Part shown: one piece after another, positions 49,255-60,246 of the stretch | How positions within the stretch are numbered: position 1 is the stretch's first letter | How the letters are laid out: the number at the start of each line of letters is the position of its first letter | DNA from: Candidatus Dadabacteria bacterium | Lineage (GTDB): Bacteria; Desulfobacterota_D; UBA1144; Nemesobacterales; CSP1-2 | Reading direction: 5' to 3' | Length of the DNA: 64,000 nt | Assembly (NCBI GenBank): GCA_963805855.1 | Contig: CAWDVW010000007.1 | Coordinates: 128,001 to 192,000, forward strand | Translations under genes and position numbers: made by a program | The notes under the pieces: model-generated | What the model saw: only the letters and a program-made list of their open reading frames with translations | Databases searched by the model: none | Told to the model about the DNA's origin: nothing

Positions 49255-51634
49255 TTGCTATCTGTAATAACTAAATATACAAAATGGCTCCATACCCGCT
49301 GGCCGGCGGGCGTTGTAGAAAAACTACCCCTTGTTAATGAGGATTATTCAACTAATATTCCTGGACTGTACGTTGTCGGTGATTTAACGGGAATCCCTCT
49401 TCTTAAGTTTTCTTCCGATAGTGGGGCCAAGGTTGTCAAGAATATTCTAGCAGGTGAGGATTTTAAACGACAGAAATCCGAAGAGAAAACGAAGGGGCTA
49501 GTGGATTTAGTAATCGTTGGAGCAGGGGTGTCGGGAATGGCATCGGCGTTAGAGGCAAGGAAAGCAGGATTGAGCTTTGAGATCCTTGAAGCAACCGAGC
49601 CCTTCTCGACTATAGTAAATTTCCCTAAGGGTAAACCTATTTATACCTACCCTAGAGATATGACCCCAGCCGGTGATCTCCAATTTTCCGCTACTGTAAA
49701 GGAACCTCTGGTAGATGAGCTTAAAGAACAGACACTTCGAAGGGGTATAGAGCCTCGAATTGCAAGGGTTGAAAGAGTCATACGAAGGGATGATTTTTTT
49801 GAGGTTGTTATACCTGACGGAGAAAACCTGCTTGCTAAAAGGGTAATCATTGGGATTGGGCGTTCGGGAAATTTCAGGAAGCTCGGTGTTCCGGGAGAGG
49901 ATCTGGATAAGGTTTTTAATCGTCTGCATGATCCAAAGGATTTTTGTGGCCAAAATGTGTTGGTGGTGGGAGGCGGCGATACTGCCTTAGAGACAGCAAT
50001 CGCATTAGCGCAGTGCGGTGGCTATGTATCGTTGTCTTACAGGAAGGATGAATTCTCAAGGCCCAAACCAGAAAACATAGAACGGCTTAACAAATTGATT
50101 TCAAATCCCATGGCTGCTGTTGGGGTCGAGACCCCAACGTCAGAGCGCGTAACGACGAGTACGGGTGCTTTTATCCCTTCGGATCATGCACCAGGAAAAA
50201 TCAAATTGCTGTTGAAGACTAAGGTAAAGAGCGTCACCGAAAATGAAGTGTCACTTGTAGATGCTGATGGAAAGGGAGTATCTATTCCAAATCAAGCGGT
50301 ATTTACAATGATAGGTCGTGAGGCTCCACTGGATTTTATTCGTCGCAGCGGCATTAAGATCAAAGGTGAGATTGGCGCAAAAGGTTGGGTTGGCTTAACT
50401 CTCTTTTTGCTTTTTGTCACGTTTGTCTACCATTGGAAATCGGGGGGCTATTTATCAAGGTTTTTTGAAACACATAATTGGTTTCCTTACAATGTGCCAG
50501 ATTTTATTTATGGCTTGGGTGCATTTGTCGCTGATAAGGCTGCCGATCCTTCTACCCTATTAGGTACTTTGACGATAAACCTTGAAGAACCCGGCTTTTA
50601 TTATAGTTTAATGTACACGTCACTCATTATTATTTTTGGTATACTCAGAATCAAGCGACGAAAAACCCCTTACGTGACGGTACAGACTGTGTCTCTAACG
50701 TTTTTCCAGGTACTTCCTCTATTTTTATTACCATACATAATTTTGCCGTACATGGGCCACAATGGATTGTTCGACTCTGGGGTATTGAAATCTGTGGCCG
50801 ACTCCCTCTTTCCCGAAGTCAACTATGAGCACGGACGAGAATATTGGAGGGCATTCGGTTTTATACTTGCCTGGCCACTATTCATCTGGAATGTCTTTAG
50901 CTATCAGCCCATGTGGGGTTGGTTGATCATTAGTCTGGTCCAGACTTTTGTAATCATCCCCCTATTGATTTATTTTTGGGGTAAGGGCGCATATTGTGGT
51001 TGGATCTGTTCCTGTGGAGCTATGGCAGAGACCTTGGGTGACACACAAAGGCAGAAGATGCCACACGGTGCATTTTGGAATAGGTTGAACATGGTTGGAC
51101 AGGTAATATTGGCGGTGGCCTTTCTCATCTTAATATTTCGAATTGTCAGCTGGATATTGCCCGATACCTCAATTGGGAATCTCTTTAATCGAATCTATGA
51201 GGGGCTTCTTTATAATTGGAGTTTTTTCGGGATCCAGATTAATTACAAGTGGTTTGTTGATCTTTTCCTGGCTGGAATAATAGGGTATGGGGTGTATTTC
51301 TGGTTTAGTGGACGTGTATGGTGTAGGTTTGCCTGCCCACTGGCGGCTTTGATGCACATCTACGCGAGATTTAGCCGGTTTCGTATCCTTTCTGATAAGA
51401 AGAAAGTGTATTTCGTGTAATGTCTGCACATCGGTTTGCCATCAGGGAATAGATGTAATGAACTTTGCGAACAAAGGTATTCCAATGGAAGATCCGGAGT
51501 GCGTTAGGTGCAGTGCGTGCGTGCAATCTTGCCCGACGGGTGTTCTACAATTTGGCCAGGTAAATAGAAGAACCGGCGAGGTAATTAAGATAGACAGCCT
51601 CGGCGCGTCTCCTGTGCTGATGCGCGAGCAGTGA
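49255..51634 (+). CDS. FAD/NAD(P)-dependent oxidoreductase fused to a membrane 4Fe-4S-binding (NapH/YccM-like) domain; one frameshift near 51405
   Basis: IVGAGVSG, VVGGGDTA, YCGWICSCG, WCRFACP. After ...SDKK a shifted frame gives CISCNVCTSVCHQG..CVRCSACVQSCPTG to TGA 51632-51634. Confidence 0.85.
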
Positions 51635-51730
51635 TTTATATAAATTAAATTTGAGATAACGTTGATTAATCAATTAAAGAACCCTTTCTACTAGATATAA
51701 TATAGATTTTCTGGCGTTTAGGGAGCTTCA

Positions 51731-52657
51731 GTGCAGCCGATTATTTCAGTCAAAACTTTGAGCAAAACCTATGCCTCGGGTTTTGAGGCGCTAAAGAACG
51801 TCGATCTGGAGATTCGCCGGGAAGAAATCTTTGCACTCCTGGGTCCGAACGGCGCCGGAAAGACAACTCTTATCAGTATCATTTGCGGGATAGTCAATCC
51901 GTGCGGGGGCACTGTACTAGCGGATGGTCATGATATCGTTTCAGATTACCGAGCGGCAAGATCCAAGATAGGTCTGGTACCCCAGGAACTTACTACAGAT
52001 GTTTTCGAAACCGTGTGGGATACGATGAATTTCAGCCGCGGTCTCTTCGGAAAACCCCCGAACCCAGTTTATATTGAGAAGGTACTTCGGGATCTGTCAC
52101 TTTGGGATAGGAAGGACTCGAAGATTATGTCACTCTCGGGTGGCATGAAGCGCCGCGTATTGATCGCCAAGGCACTATCACACGAACCGAAGATACTTTT
52201 TCTCGATGAACCCACTGCCGGTGTCGACGTAGAACTGCGCCGCGATATGTGGGACATGGTGAGGAGTCTGAGAGAAGACGGTATGACTATAATCCTGACG
52301 ACGCATTATATAGGAGAGGCCGAGGAAATGGCCGACCGGATCGGGGTAATCAACAAGGGCGAGATTATTTTAGTGGAGGACAAGGCTGTATTAATGCAAA
52401 AACTGGGTAAGAAGCAGTTAAAGCTACACCTGCAGAATCCTATAAAATCAATTCCTGATGAACTGGCCGGACAGTCGCTTGAGCTTTCAGCCGACGGGAA
52501 TGAACTAATATACACCTTCGACACTCATGGTGACCAGACGGGTATTGCCGGGTTGCTAAGATGTCTGAATCAACATGGAATTGATTTCAGAGATCTCCAT
52601 TCCAGCCAAAGCTCTCTTGAGGAAATCTTCGTCGATCTGGTGAGTGAAAAAAAATGA
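51731..52657 (+). CDS. ABC transporter ATP-binding protein (YadG-like)
   Basis: [30 protein letters not shown]. Confidence 0.93.
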   Translation: MQPIISVKTLSKTYASGFEALKNVDLEIRREEIFALLGPNGAGKTTLISIICGIVNPCGGTVLADGHDIVSDYRAARSKIGLVPQELTTDVFETVWDTMNFSRGLFGKPPNPVYIEKVLRDLSLWDRKDSKIMSLSGGMKRRVLIAKALSHEPKILFLDEPTAGVDVELRRDMWDMVRSLREDGMTIILTTHYIGEAEEMADRIGVINKGEIILVEDKAVLMQKLGKKQLKLHLQNPIKSIPDELAGQSLELSADGNELIYTFDTHGDQTGIAGLLRCLNQHGIDFRDLHSSQSSLEEIFVDLVSEKK

Positions 52658-53415
52658 ACATCTATGCAATACGCTCAATTTATTTTTTCGAGATGGCACG
52701 CACCTGGAGGACGCTTTTCCAGAGCATAGCATCTCCGATCATTTCGACCTCGCTATACTTCGTGGTGTTTGGAGCGGCGATCGGATCACGCATGGGAGAG
52801 GTCGAGGGGGTTAGCTACGGCGCCTTCATAATTCCCGGTCTGATAATGCTGTTGCTTATGAGCGAGAGCATCGCCAATGCATCCTTTGGTATCTATTTAC
52901 CGAGGTTCGTGGGCACTATTTACGAAGTCCTTTCAGCGCCCATTTCCTACATCGAGATTTTAATTGGTTATGTAGGTGCTGCGGCTACCAAATCAATCAT
53001 CCTGGGATTGCTCATACTGGCTACGGCGCGGTTATTTGTTCCCTATCAGATTGCACATCCATTATGGATGATTGGCTTCCTTGTTCTTACCTCACTGACA
53101 TTCAGCCTCTTCGGCTTCATAATCGGCATTTGGGCGGACAGTTTCGAGAGACTACAGATTGTACCACTGATGATAATTACTCCGCTTACCTTCCTGGGCG
53201 GTACTTTTTACTCAATCAACATGCTGCCGCCTATATGGCAGAAGATCACGCTGTTTAATCCCGTGGTCTACCTGATCAGCGGTTTTAGATGGAGCTTTTA
53301 TGGAGTTTCCGACGTCAACGTGGTTGTCAGTTTGGGTATGACACTGCTATTTCTTACTTTATGTGTTGCAACCGTGTGGTGGATCTTCAAGACGGGTTAC
53401 CGCCTCAAGGCCTGA
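52654..53415 (+). CDS. ABC-2 type permease (YadH-like)
   Basis: ATGA overlap with the ATPase gene; [29 protein letters not shown]. Confidence 0.92.
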   Translation: MNIYAIRSIYFFEMARTWRTLFQSIASPIISTSLYFVVFGAAIGSRMGEVEGVSYGAFIIPGLIMLLLMSESIANASFGIYLPRFVGTIYEVLSAPISYIEILIGYVGAAATKSIILGLLILATARLFVPYQIAHPLWMIGFLVLTSLTFSLFGFIIGIWADSFERLQIVPLMIITPLTFLGGTFYSINMLPPIWQKITLFNPVVYLISGFRWSFYGVSDVNVVVSLGMTLLFLTLCVATVWWIFKTGYRLKA

Positions 53416-53612
53416 GATATCGGATTTGAATTAGAGGGCAAATTAAAGGGGTGCATCCCCTTTCTCTAAGAGGGATTTACTGTCTTGACTATCGCGTGGC
53501 ACTGCGTGAGTCAATTTTAGCGGAAAACTTAATAACTAAGTTTATTGCGACTTTCCATCGAGGCTTTAAACAACGCCGTCACAGGGAGATACAAATAATC
53601 TAAGGTTTACCA

Positions 53613-54218
53613 CTATTGCGCTTCAAATTTAAAGTACCCCTGAATCGCGTTGCGACCTTTAATATCCACGTTTAGCCCGAGTTCAGGACTGTCCATCTTG
53701 AATGAGCTGGCCTTGGCGACATAAGCAGGTGATCCAGGAATGGTGGTAAAAATGCTCTCTACCAGACGGGTCGGTTTGCCACCAGGGCCGCGATATGGTT
53801 CCATTTCTGCATAAACGGAATCACCAATTGCATATTTTCCTTTACCCTCATGGACTTCGAAGGTTATTGGTGCCCGCTTCACGTCAACAAATTTACCCAC
53901 GAGCTTTACGACATCGGCTACCGGTCCGCCTTTCTCTCCTTTATATACGCTCAGCAGGGCCATCTTCCTGCTCTTTGCTCGCATTTTCGTCAATGAAGAG
54001 ACAAACTCGCCAGTTTCCGTCCATTACATTTCCTGGTATAAACGTCGCGAATCCAAGCGTGAGACCCGAAACATCCACACCATCTATCTCGCCTTTGTCG
54101 AAGTGGTACGCCACCGATGCCTCGCAAGTGCCGTAGTCTGGATCCTCGCCGATCCAGCAAGGACAAAGGACCTCACAATTGCAAACTTCTAGAGACGTCC
54201 TTCAAGTGTGTAAGCCAT
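53613..54218 (-). CDS. DUF1326 family protein carrying two single-base frameshifts
   Basis: AGGAGG RBS and ATG 54218. MAYTLEGRL / EVCNCEVLCPCWIGEDPDYGTC..PGNVMDGNWRVCLFIDENASKEQED / ALLSVYKGEKGGP; shifts at ~54192 and ~53962. Confidence 0.8.
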
Positions 54219-54630
54219 ATCCACCTCCTGTATTGTCGTCGAAATCCGTCAAAACCTGCTGGAGTTACAGGTAAAGGATATGGGGTCAGGCATGAATAAA
54301 TGAGTTGTTTTTCTCTTGTTCTTCCTCGCAGGTATATTTTAATTCTCCTTATTTATTCCATTATCATTAATTTGTGCTCTCTTCTTGACGTTGAGGAGTA
54401 TTGATTCTCGGTGGGATTCGTGAGATTCGTAAGTCCACGCAGATCCCTCGATTTTTCGCCTCGCTCATAACCCAGGATTTAAAATTCCTCCCAATCACTG
54501 GTTTGTGGATTCCCGACAAAAATCGTCTGGAATGACAGAGCGGGGTAGCATTCAGGAAAGACGATTAAAGGATCACGCTCGATCTTTTTGTATTCTAGGA
54601 CACTTCAATATAATCTTAAATTCGATCGTC

Positions 54631-55326
54631 ATGAATGAAAAAATCATGGTAATCATCCCGGCCTTCAATGAAGCGGATTCAATTGTGAGGGTGATAAATG
54701 ATATCCCAAAAGGCCTGGTTTATGAGATAGTGGTGGTCAACAATGGCTCAAGAGATGGTACTGAGAGAAAAGCAAGAGATGCCGGGGCTACCGTGCTCAG
54801 CGAAGATAGAAGAGGATATGGATTTGCGTGCCTAAGCGGTATTGATTATGCAAAGTCCAAGCCTGAGGCTGAGAAGCCTTATATCATCGTATTCCTGGAT
54901 GGAGATTATTCCGATTTTCCCCAGGAGATGGAATATTTGGTTAAACCAATTTTGGAATCAGATTATGATTTGGTGATAGGCTCAAGAAGATCAGGTAGGA
55001 GCGAAAGGGGATCTATGTTGCCCCAGGCAGTCTTTGGAAATGCTTTAGCTACTGCTTTGATGAGGTTAATTCATGGAGCGAAATTCACTGACTTGGGGCC
55101 ATTTAGAGCAATAAAATTTGATAAACTTCTCGAATTGAATATGGAAGACAAAACCTTCGGATGGACTGCTGAGATGCAAGTGAAGGGCGCGAAAATGGGA
55201 CTCAAATACTGTGAAGTGCCTGTGAGTTATAGAAAGAGGATAGGAATTTCAAAAGTGACCGGAACCTTTTCAGGAACAATTAAGGCCGGGTATAAGATTT
55301 TATGGACGATTTTTAAACATGTGTGA
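54631..55326 (+). CDS. Glycosyltransferase family 2 (DPM/ArnC-like)
   Basis: IIPAFNE, VVNNGSRD, FLDGDYSD, VIGSR, TDLGPFRAI. Confidence 0.92.
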   Translation: MNEKIMVIIPAFNEADSIVRVINDIPKGLVYEIVVVNNGSRDGTERKARDAGATVLSEDRRGYGFACLSGIDYAKSKPEAEKPYIIVFLDGDYSDFPQEMEYLVKPILESDYDLVIGSRRSGRSERGSMLPQAVFGNALATALMRLIHGAKFTDLGPFRAIKFDKLLELNMEDKTFGWTAEMQVKGAKMGLKYCEVPVSYRKRIGISKVTGTFSGTIKAGYKILWTIFKHV

Positions 55327-55518
55327 TTACTATTGATGTTAATTTCACGATGCTCATCTTAAGAAGAAAATCCCTTCCCCATTCTTAAGTGGGAGGAGAT
55401 CTTATGTCGTAAACAAAATGCTTAAGCTAGTTAGCAACTAAGAATCTAGTGCCCATTTGCCGAACAGGATTTGTCAGGTGCTTCATCATTAGGACTGACT
55501 GGGGAGCGGCCCCCACAT

Positions 55519-57057
55519 TTAATTTGCTTTCCGACTACGTACGGATTTTCCGAGGGCAATCAGAAACATGACGGCTTTCCCTTCGGCATGTGGCGAAAAA
55601 AATTCGGTAACTTCATCGTCAAAGAAGGTAAGTCCGCTTGCCCCTAGACCTAGCGAATATGCGGAGAGGTATAATTTACCCCCTAATATTCCAGCCTCGA
55701 GCTCGGCCGCTCTATATCCGCGATTTCCGTATTTTTCGAGTATTCGATCTAGGTCAGCAAGAAAGAACACATCTGCACTGGCATCTGCCGGTATGTCTTG
55801 ACCAAGCCCTAGATGACCGGCTTCTTTTCTGAAGTCACCTTCCTTCAACATTTCGAGTGATTGATCTCTTTGATTATAGAAATAAGATCCCTTACGTATG
55901 TATTCCACATCGTTTACTATGATGTATGCATCGTTAAGCGTAGCTCCGAACGGATTAAGGAAATCTGCCGAGATTCCAGTTGTCGCGCTGAACAGCATGT
56001 AAGAGAGCTGCTTAAATGTGATGGGTTCTCGGGAAAATTGCCGGGTAGAACCGCGGCTTAGGATCGTTTGTTCTATTGTCCTCGATTTATTGGCATCTCG
56101 GAGATAATCATTAACGTCGAGAGGAAAAAGCGGCGCCTTCGAATCTATTGACTCAGATTCGGTTGTGTTATTTCTCCAATCATGTACTTCCTGCTTTGAA
56201 GGAAGTGAAGAAGCCTCGTGCATTCTTCGTATAGATGGATAGTTGATCTCATTCCTGGATAGTGGAACTGTTTCATATGGTAAGTTTTCCAATTCGACTT
56301 GCTTGCTCTTGGCTTCCCGATTCGTTCTGCCCAGGGGAACAAGACTCACCGCCACTTCTCGATTGGTATCCAGATCAAGAAGTTTATTTACAGTTTCGTC
56401 TACAAATCCTGAAACGACCCGTGTGGGGATCTTGTAGGCATTTGCAGCCGTTATGAGATTGGCAACGATTGTGCCACCGTCCCAGAATGTGTGCCTGTAT
56501 GCTCGTGATTGATATTTCCAAGAATTTCTCCAAAATGTGCTTGTGCAAATAATTATTATAGGTGCTTCTAACGTCGAAGATTCATGAGAAGTCGCTTCAA
56601 TGAGTGTCCCTCTTAGATCTCCGTCCCGCAGTTTTCTGAGAGAAAACTCGTGCGGCCCGAAGTGATATACGCCCGCTTCGAGCCCGTGTATCTTCATTGT
56701 CACAACATACAGGTCAATATGGTATAGGGCACCTGTACAGGCGGCTGCTCTGAAATGAATTTCGCCACCGGGGTATCTCCTTTTCTTTGTTATTCCGGCT
56801 GAGAGGAAGAGAAGACGCCCTAAAGTCGAGAGGTCCGGAATTATTTCAATATCGTTATGGTCAGGCGCTGATAAAAGGGCTTCGAGTGTTGGTCTATCAG
56901 ACCATGGTAAATCGTTAGGGATCTTAATCGGATCAATGTCCTTATAGATTTTAAACGGAATTGGCTGGTTGTCCCAGTCCAGAAAATGAGGGGGCATTCC
57001 GGGGTGTTTTGTGATATTATGGAATCTCCAGGTCTCCTGAATTTTTCTATTATTCAT
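55519..57057 (-). CDS. SagB/ThcOx family tandem nitroreductase-like dehydrogenase
   Basis: FRAAACTGALY, WKYQSRAYRH..WDGG, RGSTRQF, YGNRGYR..LEAG. Confidence 0.85.
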   Translation of the reverse strand: MNNRKIQETWRFHNITKHPGMPPHFLDWDNQPIPFKIYKDIDPIKIPNDLPWSDRPTLEALLSAPDHNDIEIIPDLSTLGRLLFLSAGITKKRRYPGGEIHFRAAACTGALYHIDLYVVTMKIHGLEAGVYHFGPHEFSLRKLRDGDLRGTLIEATSHESSTLEAPIIIICTSTFWRNSWKYQSRAYRHTFWDGGTIVANLITAANAYKIPTRVVSGFVDETVNKLLDLDTNREVAVSLVPLGRTNREAKSKQVELENLPYETVPLSRNEINYPSIRRMHEASSLPSKQEVHDWRNNTTESESIDSKAPLFPLDVNDYLRDANKSRTIEQTILSRGSTRQFSREPITFKQLSYMLFSATTGISADFLNPFGATLNDAYIIVNDVEYIRKGSYFYNQRDQSLEMLKEGDFRKEAGHLGLGQDIPADASADVFFLADLDRILEKYGNRGYRAAELEAGILGGKLYLSAYSLGLGASGLTFFDDEVTEFFSPHAEGKAVMFLIALGKSVRSRKAN

Positions 57058-57085
57058 GGGTCATTCGAATGGTTTTATACTCTTA

Positions 57086-57454
57086 TCATAGACTAACCTT
57101 AAAGATCGCCATATATGCAGCAATAACCCCAAGAATAGGAATTATAACCCATAAGGATATTTTAAGCTCTGGCATTCTCCTGATGAGAATAACTATTACT
57201 GCGAGTATTATCCATACAGTGATTTTTACCCAAACCCAAAGAGGCCAGCTCTGAAAGGCACTGAATCCGAGGCGTGCTAAAAGACCAAACCCTGCGACCA
57301 GTATCACTATAACAGCAATTCCGTGTGTGAGTGCTATCAACTTTCTACTCACGGGGGTTTTCGTTGAAGATAATGTCAAATAGCCCCCCAAAGATAGGAA
57401 TAGAAGGATTACACCCAGTAGGTGTATCAATTTATAGGTTTCGTATGATAGCAT
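57086..57454 (-). CDS. Small 4-TM membrane protein (SirB-like)
   Basis: GGGAGG RBS; YKLIHLLG, HG....LVAGFGLL, WVWVKI. Confidence 0.7.
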   Translation of the reverse strand: MLSYETYKLIHLLGVILLFLSLGGYLTLSSTKTPVSRKLIALTHGIAVIVILVAGFGLLARLGFSAFQSWPLWVWVKITVWIILAVIVILIRRMPELKISLWVIIPILGVIAAYMAIFKVSL

Positions 57455-57558
57455 TTTTCCTCCCTTAATTGTAAGATTGGTTTAATCACATAGAATTATA
57501 TTCTACTTACTGTTTAATAAAAATAGCCATAAAGATTTTAGATCAATTGGAGAATGGG

Positions 57559-58632
57559 ATGGATAAGACAGAGAAACTACTTAGGGATTTGACAGATGCA
57601 TCAGGGGTCCCGGGGTATGAGGCAGAAGTGCGTAGAGTAATACGCAGTTATTTAGAGCCTCACGGAGAGATCACACAGGACAAGATGGGCAGTCTGATCT
57701 GCAAGAAGGATGGCAGAACACCGCGACCCAAGGTTATGCTTGCGGGGCATATGGATGAGGTTGGCTTCATGGTGAAGCACATAACTTCGGAGGGATTTAT
57801 TAAATTTGCCACATTGGGTGGATGGTGGGACCAGGTCCTACTCGCCCAAAGGGTCGTCATCAAGACAAACTCGGGCGATGTGGTAGGGGTTATTGGCGCA
57901 AAACCTCCACATCTGCTATCTCAGGAAGAGAGGAATAAGATTGTCGACAAAAAAAACATGTACATCGACATCGGTGCTAGTTCTGAAAAGGAGGTGGCAA
58001 GCGCAGGGGTTCGAGTTGGTGATCCGATCGTGCCCAAGAGTGATTTTGCTGTGCTATCAAATCCAAAGACCTACATGGCAAAGGCCTTTGACGATCGCAT
58101 CGGTTGTGCGCTTGTAGTATCGGCACTGCAGAGTTTTGATCGAAAAGGTCATCCAAATACAATATATGGCGTGACGACCGTACAAGAAGAGGTAGGTGTG
58201 CGTGGTGCGTCAACGAGCGTTGAAATGGTGGATCCCGATGTGGCAATAATATTGGAGTCTGATATTGCCGGAGATGTTCCGGGGATCAAGCCAGAGGAGT
58301 CATCGACAAAGCTTGGTGCAGGGCCAACAGTGCTCGTTTATGACGCTCGCATGATACCAAACCTGAAACTCAGAGATTTCGTCATAGATGTCGCGCGAAA
58401 ATCAAAGATTCCGCTTCAGTTCACGGCAATGGAGGGTGGGGCGACTGATGGTTCTGTGATTCACTTGCATAAAACCGGGATCCCAACAGTCGTTCTCGGT
58501 GTGCCTACGAGGCATATACACAGTCACAGCGCGATCATTAGAAGAAATGACTTCGACAATTCGGTGAAGTTGCTCACAAGGTTGATTGAAAAGTTGGATA
58601 AGAAGACGGTTCACAGTCTGACCGAATGGTGA
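57559..58632 (+). CDS. M42 family aminopeptidase
   Basis: AGHMDEVG, KAFDDRIG, QEEVGVRGA, GATDG, RHIHSH. Confidence 0.93.
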   Translation: MDKTEKLLRDLTDASGVPGYEAEVRRVIRSYLEPHGEITQDKMGSLICKKDGRTPRPKVMLAGHMDEVGFMVKHITSEGFIKFATLGGWWDQVLLAQRVVIKTNSGDVVGVIGAKPPHLLSQEERNKIVDKKNMYIDIGASSEKEVASAGVRVGDPIVPKSDFAVLSNPKTYMAKAFDDRIGCALVVSALQSFDRKGHPNTIYGVTTVQEEVGVRGASTSVEMVDPDVAIILESDIAGDVPGIKPEESSTKLGAGPTVLVYDARMIPNLKLRDFVIDVARKSKIPLQFTAMEGGATDGSVIHLHKTGIPTVVLGVPTRHIHSHSAIIRRNDFDNSVKLLTRLIEKLDKKTVHSLTEW

Positions 58633-58985
58633 AATAAACATCGAGTTCATTTATATTTTCATCTTAACTCTATTAGAACACCGTTGAATTACTGGGAGCG
58701 ACCCCGGAGGGTTATCTGCGCGTCATTACGAGCAATTGTAGCAATTCCACTTTTTAGATTTTCCCTATTATTATGCTCTTGGAGAATTGAGATGAAACAC
58801 AAATATAAATATCCCCCTCATTTCATACTCGAGTGGTTTTTTTGTGGGTTTATGATTTAAAGCATCGATAACACCTTGAGTATTCAATGATCACAAGTGT
58901 ATAATATAAAACAGTCTGACATTTAAAATTAGCTTACGTTATTTGAATTTTTTTAAAATGTCATTTTTAAAGGGGGCACAATGCT

Positions 58986-59297
58986 ATGAAAAGATTTAAC
59001 ATCTTATTAATTGTTTTATTTTTGGGTTTTTCCTTTAATTTGCTTTCTGGATGCGAAGAGGGTGTAAAGAAGGAAGACTACGAAATGCTCAAAATAGAAC
59101 TACAAAAGGTTCAATCTGAAAAGTCAAACCTTGAGAAAAAGAATCAAGAACTTGAAAACGAATTAAGCGCCCTGAAGGATGAAAACCAGAAGTTACTCGC
59201 TGAAAATGAAGAGCTCAAATCAATGCAGCCTGAAACAGAACCGATGGAATCTCCCACTCCAGAACCATCAGTAACCCCTGTCCCTGAAGATGAATGA
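58986..59297 (+). CDS. Coiled-coil lipoprotein
   Basis: LLSGC lipobox, heptad coiled coil, Pro/Glu-rich tail. Confidence 0.8.
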   Translation: MKRFNILLIVLFLGFSFNLLSGCEEGVKKEDYEMLKIELQKVQSEKSNLEKKNQELENELSALKDENQKLLAENEELKSMQPETEPMESPTPEPSVTPVPEDE

Positions 59298-59864
59298 CAT
59301 TGAGCCTCACGCAGAGCTTTTGTACTGGTTAAATGGGGTTTAGAACGGTATCTATTGTTCGCTTCGGAAAGCATTCGCGTTGATATGTAGGCAACATCAA
59401 AAGGAAAGACCGCCGAAAAATCATGATCTCCCGGATGTTTCAAAGTGTTTTTGTCTCTGCCGTATGAAGTATGTAGTTAATCTTTACAGCCTCAGCTACG
59501 AACTTCCTTGTCATCCAATTAAGCCAATTGATATCGATTCGTGTTTCTAATTCGATTACATGATCTTCTTTGAAACAATTCCATAATTCCACGGGAACCT
59601 TTCTTGGCTTCGAATTCTTATCGACGCGTGTAGATAAATACAATTTCTCATGTCATTTGTACTCGCATAAGAAATTTATTTGAGCTCATCTGATTATAAG
59701 AGGATTATTTAAATCGAAAGAAGTTTTGTTTTCTAAAAAATCGCGGAGCTATTTTGATTATGTTGGAAATTTATTTTTTTCAGAATTCAAAAAATTCCTA
59801 TTGCATTATTAAAATAATTGTATTATATATAGCTTGTAAATCGTTTAACGGGAGGTGAGAACGA

Positions 59865-59936
59865 ATGGCAAAGGCAAAAGCCAAGCCAAAGGCCAAAGCC
59901 AAGGCTAAGAAGAGTGCAGCCAAGAAGAAGAAGTAA
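59865..59936 (+). CDS. 23-aa Lys/Ala-rich micro-protein MAKAKAKPKAKAKAKKSAAKKKK
   Basis: Strong GGGAGGTGA RBS just upstream, varied synonymous codons, AT-rich promoter-like region upstream (TTGCAT 59801) and a hairpin downstream. Confidence 0.7.
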   Translation: MAKAKAKPKAKAKAKKSAAKKKK

Positions 59937-59981
59937 GTACTGATTGGTTGTTTACTCAGTTAGTTTAGATTGGAAGTAAAA

Positions 59982-60024
59982 AGAGTTTATGCGTGTCACG
60001 TAACATGGTGACACGCATAGCTCT
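59982..60024 (+). terminator. Stable hairpin after the micro-protein gene
   Basis: TATGCGTGTCAC (59988-59999) / GTGACACGCATA (60008-60019) perfect 12-bp stem, extendable with one bulge; weak U tract. Confidence 0.5.
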
Positions 60025-60246
60025 CTGATTCCGAGAGTATTCAAAAATAAATCGGATGACATATTAAGATCACGAATAGATAGTTTCTTCAATATCCTAC
60101 CTGAGACCTAACTCTAAAAAATCCCGAACGCAACATAGACAAAGGAGCTAAGCGTTAGCTTTTAGCTGAATTACCATTGCTATCGTAATGTTATTGTTCT
60201 GTTTGCACAATTATTTAATCGGAGGGTATCTTTAATAATATCGGAA

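Noticed and set aside
54505-54630. N-terminal extension of the GT2 ORF
   Set aside because: It begins inside a REP unit (TGGATTCCCG..GAATGACA); ATG 54631 fits the family start.
59340-59700. Minus-strand ORFs 59440-59643 and 59144-59443
   Set aside because: No RBS or recognisable motif, and one overlaps the lipoprotein antisense; at most an unidentifiable remnant.
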